Of a stretch of DNA of 14,255 bases, positions 1 through 7,269 are shown one piece after another. Numbering within the stretch: position 1 is the stretch's first letter; the number at the start of each line of letters is the position of its first letter. This DNA comes from a bacterium (GTDB taxonomy: Bacteria; Zhuqueibacterota; Zhuqueibacteria; Oceanimicrobiales; Oceanimicrobiaceae): contig JBHHXN010000137.1 in NCBI GenBank assembly GCA_046757025.1, positions 1-14,255 on the forward strand, in the 5' to 3' direction. Under the pieces are notes generated by a model. The model saw only the letters and a program-made list of their open reading frames with translations. It had not been told where the DNA came from and did not search any database. The translations under genes were made by a program, and so were the position numbers.

Positions 1-168
1 GATGAGATGCTGGATTATCCCCGGGTTAAAGAAATATTCAAAGAAGCGGCTGATAAGTCTGCGGATGAAATAATTGCACATTTGAATGAAGCTGGAGAGA
101 GATGGAGTCATGGCAGACCGCAGGATGATGATATTACCTTTGTAGTTTTGAGGTTAAACAAAACCTAG
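1..168 (+). CDS. 3' end of a SpoIIE/RsbU-type PP2C serine phosphatase domain protein (partial)
   Basis: Frame 1 reads DEMLDYPRVKEIFKEAADKSADEIIAHLNEAGERWSHGRPQDDDITFVVLRLNKT*. The terminal QDDDIT-hydrophobic strand is the typical SpoIIE C-terminal motif. Confidence 0.85.
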   Translation, partial: DEMLDYPRVKEIFKEAADKSADEIIAHLNEAGERWSHGRPQDDDITFVVLRLNKT

Positions 169-334
169 ACCCGTAGTAGATTGATTAGAAATTGCTTTAC
201 AACCAAACAAGGGTGCAGTAGTTGATGCGAGGGACTCTGTTTCTTGGGTAGCTTTAGTGCTCTTTCAAGGTTTTTTTTTCAGCAAAAACGTCATGTGCAA
301 ATTCGCTTCGCGTAACTCAAGCAGGCCGTTATTT

Positions 335-841
335 ATGAGTGTAGTAAATGTTGAACTTCTAACTGGATCAGTCAGGTTGTGGATTTTTGGCTGCGACCGC
401 CCGCTTGAAGAGAAACACATCGAGCCATTCGCTGATCAGCTAAATCGATTTCTCCCGCAATAGACGATTCACAAAAAAGAGCTGGCCGTGGACGAGTTGC
501 TGCGATATCATCAACTTCTGATGATTACAGCGGATGAAAGTACCACTGCGGCCACCCGTTGTTCCATCGATAGTTTGATGCAATTTCTGCACGAATTGGA
601 ACGAGAATTCAATCGCTATCTGGTAAATATGCATACGCAGGTTACGTGTCGAAATCAGGACCAGACTATTCAATGCGTATCAGGAGAGCAGTTTAAGTTG
701 CTCGTGGAAATAGGCTCAATTGATGACGACACCATGGTTTTAGACAACACCATTCAGACCATACAAGTTCTACACAACCACCAGCGGGAAATGCCGATGA
801 AAGAATCCTGGCACCGGCAGGCGTTGGGTCAATTGGTTTGA
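335..841 (+). pseudogene. Conserved hypothetical protein (FCB-group family often misannotated 'ABC transporter ATPase') interrupted by an in-frame TAG at 461-463
   Basis: Track ORFs 257..463 and 488..841 are in the same frame, separated only by TAG. The joined protein has RLWIF..DR.L, FLPQ*TIH, CSID and ESWH, matching the family pattern as I recall it (RxWIyQxDR, FxxxWxaHG, SGCSID, SWH). The TAG sits at the expected Trp. Confidence 0.7.
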
Positions 842-977
842 TCAAAGCTCAAGCTATTACCATAATAGAATTAATCCCGAAAAATCATTCCGACAAATGT
901 TTGTGTATTATAAAATGAATGTTTGTGGTAAAAGGAGATTTGTTCAAAGGCCAGTTTAAGCGGTTTATGGGTGGGAG

Positions 978-1043
978 AAATAAAAAATTGCCTGGCACCG
1001 AGACCTGAATCCACGCAAACAGTTTCAGGTCATTGGTCCAGGC
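978..1043 (-). terminator. Long interrupted hairpin plus T-tract, likely intrinsic terminator of the 42-aa ORF
   Basis: Minus strand GCCTGG-ACC-aat-GACCTGAA-(14 nt)-TTCAGGTC-tc-GGT-g-CCAGGC followed by AATTTTTTATTT. The hairpin begins 9 nt after the stop codon. Confidence 0.6.
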
Positions 1044-1052
1044 TTTATGAAA

Positions 1053-1181
1053 TTAGTGTTTAATCCAGACAGCGCGGCATTCCTGGCGCCATTGCTGACG
1101 GCGAACCTCATCGCGTCGCAATAAATAAGCGTACCAACCCCCAAGAACCGACATGGCACTAATTACTAAAAAATACAGCAT
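1053..1181 (-). CDS. 42-aa single-pass membrane microprotein (not in the ORF track)
   Basis: AAGGAG (1187-1192) lies 5 nt upstream of ATG. Translation MLYFLVISAMSVLGGWYAYLLRRDEVRRQQWRQECRAVWIKH* has a hydrophobic N-terminal ~21 aa and an Arg-rich tail, and a terminator follows. Confidence 0.65.
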   Translation of the reverse strand: MLYFLVISAMSVLGGWYAYLLRRDEVRRQQWRQECRAVWIKH

Positions 1182-1481
1182 AAGGACTCCTTTAAGGCGA
1201 TTAATATTAATTCATCAGTCATTTCATTTGTTATCTACAAAGACGAGTAGTCAGGCGGAAAGTTACTGGATAGGCAAAATAATTGTAACGGCTGCCATGA
1301 CTTTATTTTTTTTGATCTTATCAGAAGTGTACTTTGTCTGATTTATTCCAATGAGAAAACCATTGGGTAAAGGGTATAAGGTATAAGTGTCCCGTGTCCC
1401 GTCCTGAAATAGGTTGACTTTCACTTCTACTTGTCTTATTTCGATGTGTCGCAATTAACTTAAACTCGCCATCACTAATCC

Positions 1482-1510
1482 TTGAAATTGACAGAAATTC
1501 TCACTATCTT
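1482..1510 (+). promoter_or_regulatory. Putative sigma70 promoter for the DUF427 cluster
   Basis: TTGAAA-N17-TATCTT, 66 nt upstream of the ATG at 1577. Confidence 0.45.
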
Positions 1511-1576
1511 AATTCCGCAAATGGCTCATGCATTTCCGTGTGAGTGAAAAGCCAATTTTCTAATGTGGAGTTTAAA

Positions 1577-1861
1577 ATGGCAAAAGCGATCTGGAAAGGC
1601 CAGGTTTTGGCCGAAAGCGACCAGTGTGAAATAGTCGAGGGGAATCATTATTTTCCGCCGGACACCGTAAAAAAAGAGTTTTTCACAGAAAGCAAAACCC
1701 ATACGATTTGTCCATGGAGGGGCGAAGCCAGCTATTTTCACCTCGAAGTGGAGGGTGAAATCAACGTGGACGCAGCCTGGACTTATCCGAATCCCACAGA
1801 GGCGGCACAGAATATCAAAGATTACGTGGCATTCTGGCGTGGCGTGGAAATTCAAGAATAA
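1577..1861 (+). CDS. DUF427 domain protein
   Basis: Motifs VLAESD, VEGNHYFPP, T.CPWRGEASY, AAWTYP.P, IKDYVAFW. GGAG at 1567-1570 supports the ATG at 1577 over the GTG at 1544. Confidence 0.92.
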   Translation: MAKAIWKGQVLAESDQCEIVEGNHYFPPDTVKKEFFTESKTHTICPWRGEASYFHLEVEGEINVDAAWTYPNPTEAAQNIKDYVAFWRGVEIQE

Positions 1862-1869
1862 CAGGCGCC

Positions 1870-2526
1870 ATGCAGCAAAAGAATATTACCGTTGAAAAAT
1901 CGGCGCGCTATTTTGTGGCGGGAATCCCCGGTAGCGCCATCAAAGAAGTCTGGTTTGTCTGCCACGGTTACGGTCAGCTCGCTGCGGATTTTTTGAAGCA
2001 GTTTGAATGTCTGCAAAAAGCGCAGCGCTTGCTGGTGGCGCCTGAAGGCCTTTCGCGCTTTTACTGGCAGGGATTTAGCGGTAAGGTCGGCGCTTCCTGG
2101 ATGACCCGGGAAGATCGGCTGCAGGAAATCGCGGATTACGTTCGCTACCTGGACGCGGTGTACAAAGAGGTTGTCGCGGATATCGAGCATGACGAAGTAA
2201 AAGTGGTGGTACTGGGTTTTTCCCAGGGCACGGCTGCTGTGTGCCGCTGGCTCATGCTCGGCAACGCCCAGGCCGACCGTTTGATTTTGTGGGCCGGCCA
2301 GATACCGCCGGATTTGGATTTGAACCAATTTCGCAACCTTTTTCGGAATGGTCAGTTGTCTTTAGTCGTGGGGCGGCAAGACGAAATAGCCAAACCCGAA
2401 CTGATTGCAAAAGAAGAAGCGCGCCTAAATCAGCATCGCATCCGGTATGAATTGCTGCAATTTGATGGCGGACATCATATTGAAGCTGAAGTGTTAAAAA
2501 AGTTGGCCCAAAACGATTGGGCGTAA
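1870..2526 (+). CDS. Alpha/beta hydrolase, phospholipase/carboxylesterase family
   Basis: HGYG oxyanion motif, GFSQG nucleophile elbow, G..DE acid residue and GGHH catalytic His. Confidence 0.9.
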   Translation: MQQKNITVEKSARYFVAGIPGSAIKEVWFVCHGYGQLAADFLKQFECLQKAQRLLVAPEGLSRFYWQGFSGKVGASWMTREDRLQEIADYVRYLDAVYKEVVADIEHDEVKVVVLGFSQGTAAVCRWLMLGNAQADRLILWAGQIPPDLDLNQFRNLFRNGQLSLVVGRQDEIAKPELIAKEEARLNQHRIRYELLQFDGGHHIEAEVLKKLAQNDWA

Positions 2527-2555
2527 ACAAAGAAGATTTGATTCTGGAGGAAAAA

Positions 2556-3287
2556 ATGCGAATCGTTCTGGTACTGATTCTGTTCTTGATGTCGTCCCAA
2601 CTGCAGGCAGATTATCTGTATAAAACGACCCTGCTGCGGGCGGCTCCGGGCAAATTATTAGAACTCATCCATTTGCTTAAAAGCAGCGCGGAGATTTATT
2701 CAACCGCGGGTGAAGAACCGCCGTTTATCATCCGCCACAGTCAGGGTGACCACTGGGATCTTTTGCTGTTATTCCCCATGAACAATTACTCGGATTATTA
2801 CGCTGCAGAAAAAATTGCCAACCGAAAACAGGTCTTTGATGAATCAGAAATCGACGAAACCGCATTTAAAAAGAAAATGGCATATTGCGTTGCTTGGCAG
2901 GAAGAGGTGTTTGTGTATGGGCCGCCGCTTCAAGAAGTGAAGAATGCTTTTCAGCAGGCCAATTTTTTTCATGTAGAAATGTTTCTGGCGCTGGCTGGCA
3001 AACGCGCGGAGCTGCTAAAACAGCGCAAAATGGAGAATGTGTATTTGAAGAAACTAGCACGACCGCAAAACCAGATTTTTACACGCGATCAAGGAGCAGC
3101 CTGGGATTTGTTTACTATTGGTTTTTATCGCGATCTCAAACATTTTGCTGAAAGTGCGGATATTCCTGAAGCGAAAGAAAACGAAGCGGCGCGAGCTGCT
3201 GGATTTGAAAGCGTCGATCAGATCGGCCCTTACTTGAGAACGCTGATCCATCGTCATCAGGATACGTTAGCGGTGGCAGTTAAATAA
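2556..3287 (+). CDS. Exported protein with two tandem NIPSNAP-like (dimeric alpha/beta barrel) repeats
   Basis: GGAGG at 2546-2550 precedes ATG 2556. Signal peptide MRIVLVLILFLMSSQLQA. Internal duplication AAPGKLLEL / ALAGKRAEL and HSQGDHWDL / RDQGAAWDL. The fold call is inference. Confidence 0.7.
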   Translation: MRIVLVLILFLMSSQLQADYLYKTTLLRAAPGKLLELIHLLKSSAEIYSTAGEEPPFIIRHSQGDHWDLLLLFPMNNYSDYYAAEKIANRKQVFDESEIDETAFKKKMAYCVAWQEEVFVYGPPLQEVKNAFQQANFFHVEMFLALAGKRAELLKQRKMENVYLKKLARPQNQIFTRDQGAAWDLFTIGFYRDLKHFAESADIPEAKENEAARAAGFESVDQIGPYLRTLIHRHQDTLAVAVK

Positions 3288-3371
3288 ATAAAGGTAGAAA
3301 AAGTGCGGCTAGTTCAGCGCTGAAATTTTCACAATAAAAAACAAAAAGTAAAAATGAAAGGTGGAGTGGTA

Positions 3372-4340
3372 ATGAAGAAAACGGTAACGGTTGTTATTTC
3401 AATTTGTGTTTACTTGCTTTTATGCAGCGCTTTGTTATTGGCACAAAAAAGCCAGAACCATTTGCCTCGCCTGCAGGGTGTGCTGGGGAAATTGGAACTT
3501 GAATCTTTTGAGGGCGCAACGTTTCCACCGGAGGGTTGGAAAAAAGTGACCAATCTGGGTGGCGTGGGCTGGCAGCAAGGCGCGGCGGGAGCACAGATTC
3601 TGGGGTTTGATTCCACCTCGGTGATTGACGCGGCCCCCGGCGGCGGTAATTTCGTGGCGTACGTGAGCTGGGCTACCGGCGACGCGGATACCGTCACCAC
3701 CACCGGTCAGGCCACAGACCAGTGGCTCATCACCCCACAGATCACCGATGTTCAGCCTGGCGACACCCTGCGGTTTTACTTGAAGCATTTCCGAAGATTC
3801 GTTGAAAATCTCGATGTGTTGATCTCCACTGCTGGCGACAGCTTGGCGGCTTTCGACACGCTGGTTGCCACCATCCGCTTTTCAGGCCCCGGAAATAATA
3901 ATTGGCAGGAGTATGAATATGCACTTACTGATTTTGTGGACACGGGCGCGGATATCTTTATTGCCTTTCGCGAGCATGTCAGCGATAATAATATCGATGG
4001 GGACGCGCTGTTTTTAGATCTGGTGGAGGTGCAGTCTTTGGTCACCAGTATCTCGGATGAATCCATCGCGCCGAGGGAATTTCATCTGCTGCAAAATTAC
4101 CCCAACCCCTTTAATCCGAGTACAAATATCGCTTTTGCGCTGCCCGATCGTGCACAGGTTACTTTAAAAGTTTATAACTTACTGGGACAGGAGGTCTTTA
4201 CCGCTTTGGATGGCCAAACTTTCGATAGCGGCCAGCACACGGTGCAACTCAATGCCGGATTTCTGCCCAGTGGAATTTACTACTATAAAATTGAAGCGGG
4301 TGAATTTATGGCGGTGAAGAGGATGACGCTGCTGCGCTGA
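3372..4340 (+). CDS. Secreted choice-of-anchor J (cleaved-adhesin-like) domain protein with T9SS type A C-terminal sorting domain
   Basis: Signal peptide, then ESFEG..FPP.GW, DQWLITPQ, WQEYEYAL, IAFR and LFLD.V motifs. C-terminus LLQNYPNPFNPSTNI.F.LP...LKVYNLLGQEV...LPSGIYYYKI...KRMTLLR. GGAG at 3363-3366 supports ATG 3372. Confidence 0.85.
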   Translation: MKKTVTVVISICVYLLLCSALLLAQKSQNHLPRLQGVLGKLELESFEGATFPPEGWKKVTNLGGVGWQQGAAGAQILGFDSTSVIDAAPGGGNFVAYVSWATGDADTVTTTGQATDQWLITPQITDVQPGDTLRFYLKHFRRFVENLDVLISTAGDSLAAFDTLVATIRFSGPGNNNWQEYEYALTDFVDTGADIFIAFREHVSDNNIDGDALFLDLVEVQSLVTSISDESIAPREFHLLQNYPNPFNPSTNIAFALPDRAQVTLKVYNLLGQEVFTALDGQTFDSGQHTVQLNAGFLPSGIYYYKIEAGEFMAVKRMTLLR

Positions 4341-4420
4341 CTGTTACGATTATTTAAAGTTACCTTTACTCACACGGTTGTTTTATTTAATCGAAAGTTC
4401 TTTTCGGAGTTCAAGCTTAA

Positions 4421-4553
4421 GAGGCTGTGTGAAAACATGGTAAAACAAGCCTCTGGCCTGTTAATACAGGTCGATAATTCAAGCTAAGTTCTTGTTTTCT
4501 TTGCAATCCATTCATGCAAGCAAGATGCTTACGTTTCATTTTCACACAGGCTC
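4421..4553. mobile_element. MITE-like element A (133 bp), 15-bp terminal inverted repeats, flanked by TTAA
   Basis: GAGGCTGTGTGAAAA (4421-4435) versus TTTTCACACAGGCTC (4539-4553), 14/15 complementary. TTAA at 4417-4420 and 4554-4557. No coding capacity. Confidence 0.7.
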
Positions 4554-4557
4554 TTAA

Positions 4558-4734
4558 GAAACTGTGTGAAAAGTCAACTGCGGGCTTTTGTCATTCCCCG
4601 TCTTGCGGGACAAGCAGGAGGAATCTTTTTAGTTTTGAAGTAAAGGGCTGTTTATTAAAAAGATCCCGCGGTTGCGGGATGACATTCAAGATGTTTTTGG
4701 TTTTTAGTCAGCTAATGACTTTTCATCCAGGCTC
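4558..4734. mobile_element. MITE-like element B (177 bp), same end family as A, in tandem, containing a REP-like palindrome
   Basis: GAAACTGTGTGAAAAGTCA (4558-4576) versus TGACTTTTCATCCAGGCTC (4716-4734), 15/19 complementary. It shares the TTAA with element A and has TAAG on the right. Confidence 0.6.
4589..4684. repeat. GTCATTCC...GGAATC / GATCCC...GGGATGAC type palindromic repeat
   Basis: TGTCATTCC pairs with GGGATGACA. GGAATCTTTTTAG pairs with TTAAAAAGATCCC. Sub-hairpin ATCCCGC-ggtt-GCGGGAT. Confidence 0.65.
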
Positions 4735-4792
4735 TAAGACTTGAGCACTATAAAGGCTAACGTTTCCTGAAAGTCCCGGAAACCCATTCACT

Positions 4793-6415
4793 ATGGAGCC
4801 TATTTTCATCACAACGGTATCTCGATCTATGATTTATTTGCGCAGGAATTTTTTTCCCTTCATACTTACTTTCTCGTTTTTAATCATATCCAAAGCCTTA
4901 ACACAAGACGCAACTTCCAAACACATCCGCCACATCGAAATCAAACGCCAGGATGTCTTCCCCGAGATCACTGGCAAACCCCGATTCCTCTACCAGTGGG
5001 CCAACAGTCTGCACATTGTGACCAGAGAAAGCGTCGTTCGTCAGGAGCTGCTTTTCAAAAAAGGCGATGTGTTTGACCCGGAGCTGCTGGAAGAAAGCGA
5101 GCGCAATTTGCGCCGGCGAGCGTATTTTGGCGAAGCCTTGGTGAAAGTAAAAAATGAAGAGCGCGATTCGGTGGACGTGCTGGTGGTGACGCAAGATCAA
5201 TGGTCCACGCTGTTTTCTACCATCATCGAACAGAGCGATGGTCGGACTGTGCTGGGCGGCGCCGTGGAGGAGTTCAATTTTCTGGGTCTGGGAAAGCAAA
5301 TTTACGCCGAGCTGCAGCACGAACGCACCGTGGGCAGCCAGTGGAGTTTCCGATACACCGATCCCCAGATTCTGGGTACTCGCTGGACTACGTTGCAGTC
5401 CTTCGTCACCGGCCCCCTGGTGAGCCGGTATTTCGGACAACTCGTGCGGCCTTTTTATGCTCTGGACACCAGATGGGCCTTTGGCGTGGCAGGCAGCGTC
5501 GACGATTCCATCGTGCGCATATTTGAAGCCGGCGACGAGCGCAATCGTTATCGCTCCGAGATCAACCAATTCAGTGTGTTCGGCGCCCGGGCTCTGGGCG
5601 GCCGTTTCACCAAAACCCGTTTACAGCTCAGGTACCGTTTTGCCGAACGCGACTTTTCCACCATCGGCGAAGATCCGCTCGTCATCGATGAAATTCCGAC
5701 AGACGAGCTCATTCACAGCCTGTCCACGCGCCTGAGCTTTGAAAATCTGCACTTTGTGAAAGAGAAACAAATCGACAAATTTCTCCGAACCGAAGATCTC
5801 ACCCTGGGCTCCTTCACCACCTTCAACCTGGGACGCACCGGTTTGCCCATTCCAAAAGGTGTGAAGCGATTTGAATTCAGCGCCAGCCGGCGGGAAGCGC
5901 ACCGAATTTTTCACAAGCAATATCTGATCGCCCTTTTGGGATTTCAAACGCTTTTTGAAAAAAATACCATTGGTTTTTTAAGGCTTAAATATTACAATAA
6001 ACTACTGCCACATCAGACCCTGGCTTTGAATTTCGAAATGGATTACGCCATCGATTTTGAAGTGCCGCGGCCGTTTCTACTGGGGGGCGATTCCGGCTTG
6101 CGCGGATTTCCTGCTCGGGAATTTACCGGCGACAAGAGAATGCTTTTCAATTTCGAAGACCGTCTTTTTAGTTCACTGAACATTTTGACGGTGGCTTTGG
6201 GCGGCGTGCTGTTTTTCGATGCGGGACATGTCTGGTCGGAGGAGCAGTCCGTAAATTTACGCGATCTCAATTACAGTGTGGGTTTTGGACTGCGGCTGGG
6301 CTACACCAAATCGCCACGCTCGCGAGTGGGTCGCATCGATTTTGGCTGGCCGCTGAAAGGGGGCAGCGGTTTGGGTATCACCATCGGCGTGGATCAGCAG
6401 TTTTCCATCAATTGA
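4793..6415 (+). CDS. Omp85 (BamA/TamA) family outer membrane protein with N-terminal POTRA
   Basis: POTRA signature TRESVVRQELLFKKGDVFDPELLEESERNLRR, NFLGLGK at the barrel start, LGGDSGLRGF L6 motif, FFDAGHVW, GFGLR and RIDFGWP. The start could be ATG 4829. Confidence 0.88.
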   Translation: MEPIFITTVSRSMIYLRRNFFPFILTFSFLIISKALTQDATSKHIRHIEIKRQDVFPEITGKPRFLYQWANSLHIVTRESVVRQELLFKKGDVFDPELLEESERNLRRRAYFGEALVKVKNEERDSVDVLVVTQDQWSTLFSTIIEQSDGRTVLGGAVEEFNFLGLGKQIYAELQHERTVGSQWSFRYTDPQILGTRWTTLQSFVTGPLVSRYFGQLVRPFYALDTRWAFGVAGSVDDSIVRIFEAGDERNRYRSEINQFSVFGARALGGRFTKTRLQLRYRFAERDFSTIGEDPLVIDEIPTDELIHSLSTRLSFENLHFVKEKQIDKFLRTEDLTLGSFTTFNLGRTGLPIPKGVKRFEFSASRREAHRIFHKQYLIALLGFQTLFEKNTIGFLRLKYYNKLLPHQTLALNFEMDYAIDFEVPRPFLLGGDSGLRGFPAREFTGDKRMLFNFEDRLFSSLNILTVALGGVLFFDAGHVWSEEQSVNLRDLNYSVGFGLRLGYTKSPRSRVGRIDFGWPLKGGSGLGITIGVDQQFSIN

Positions 6416-6471
6416 AATTTGACTGAAAAATGTCTCCTGTGTCGTTGGCAGGAGAATAGCCATCCCTTGTT

Positions 6472-6614
6472 TGTCTTGCCCTGTGCTCCGTTCTGAGTGC
6501 GGTGGAAATGGAATCCAGGTTTTTTGAACCCAAACTGAGCGATTCATGACGATGGATTTTTCGGTGTTCCAGCCCCGACTCAATTACCATAGAATTAAGG
6601 AATCGGGGCATGCC
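6472..6614. repeat. Degenerate GTCATGCC...GGAATCCA / TGGATT...GGGCATG palindromic repeat with nested hairpin
   Basis: GTCTTGCCC versus GGGCATGCC (7/9). GGAATCCA (6510-6517) versus TGGATTT (6553). Internal GCCCCGA...TCGGGGC hairpin. Layout resembles 4589-4684. Confidence 0.4.
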
Positions 6615-6631
6615 GGGGTGAGGGGGAATAT

Positions 6632-6651
6632 CACGCTAAAGCGTGAACACC
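6632..6651 (-). repeat. Single REP-like unit
   Basis: Minus strand GGTG-TT-CACGCT-tt-AGCGTG: a tetranucleotide followed by a short palindrome, the layout of RAYT-associated REPs. Confidence 0.45.
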
Positions 6652-6791
6652 TGTGCTGGAGTTTCGGAACGGCACATAGCCTGCGCCGTTGCTCCCTTTA
6701 AGCGGGACATAAAATGGAATAACACTTTATCACTTTCAATAAACAATCAAGAAACCAAAAGTAACGGCGTCAGGTTGATGCAAAGCATAGA

Positions 6792-6939
6792 CTAGTAGTG
6801 CGATTCCTTATTATCAGTGCAGTCATTGCGAGGAGTGTAACGACGAAGCAATCTCCTGATATTCAGCAAGTTAGGAGATTGCTTCGCTGCGCTCGCAATG
6901 ACAATTTGTTGTAACATTAATTAGGAAACGTTCTACTAG
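6792..6939. mobile_element. MITE-like element C (148 bp) with imperfect terminal inverted repeats and internal REP palindrome
   Basis: Left end CTAGTAGTGCGATTCCTTATTA versus reverse complement of the right end CTAGTAGAACGTTTCCTAATTA (18/22). ATAGA is repeated directly outside both ends (6787-6791, 6940-6944). Confidence 0.6.
6822..6902. repeat. GTCATTGCGAG...GAAGCAATCTC / GAGATTGCTTC...CTCGCAATGAC palindromic repeat
   Basis: Perfect outer stem GTCATTGCGAG / CTCGCAATGAC and perfect inner stem CGAAGCAATCTCCT / AGGAGATTGCTTCG. A widespread intergenic repeat type. Confidence 0.85.
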
Positions 6940-6949
6940 ATAGAATTTA

Positions 6950-7269
6950 TTATAGATTAAGCCATGATTTAACTGAACTTCCTACCTGAGACAGTTGCGT
7001 ACTTGAAAGCACGCCTAGTTTTTTAAAAACTTTGCTCTCGGAATGGTTAGTAGATTTTGAGCATCAAAAGCCCTCGGATGCAAAAATGGTACTTTGACTT
7101 TAACCTCAAATCTCGAACCGCGAATACTTGTTGTATGTGGAAGTACCGTAATTAATGCTCGATCTTCATCCTTGTAAGCAACACTCAAAATCAAACAAGG
7201 GCGAACTTTTGCAGCCAGTCCGAGATCAAAGAGCCAGATTTCTCTTCGGCCAGGAACGGACTTAACCAT
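6950..7269 (-). pseudogene. PemK/MazF family toxin split by a -1 frameshift near 7018-7030
   Basis: EIWLFDLG..AKVRPCLILS...TVLPHTTS...FDAQNL.TI is a PemK pattern. Frame 0 stops at AAG TTT TTA AAA AAC TAG. The -1 frame continues KLGVLSSTQLSQVGSSVKSWLNL* to 6950, the expected terminal helix, giving 106 aa. The ATG overlaps the upstream gene's end. Confidence 0.8.

Noticed and set aside
1153..1454. Track ORFs 1153..1341 (+) and 1263..1454 (-)
   Set aside because: No RBS or recognisable motifs. The + ORF overlaps the better-supported microprotein start.
4514..4744. 76-aa ORF
   Set aside because: It lies across the MITE-like and palindromic repeats and has no protein-like signal.
6433..6455. TCTCCTG/CAGGAGA hairpin after the Omp85 stop as a terminator
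   Set aside because: No following T-tract, and the loop is 9 nt.
6670..6685. Sigma54-like CGGCAC-N5-CTGC
   Set aside because: Imperfect match, inside a hairpin, with no + strand gene downstream.
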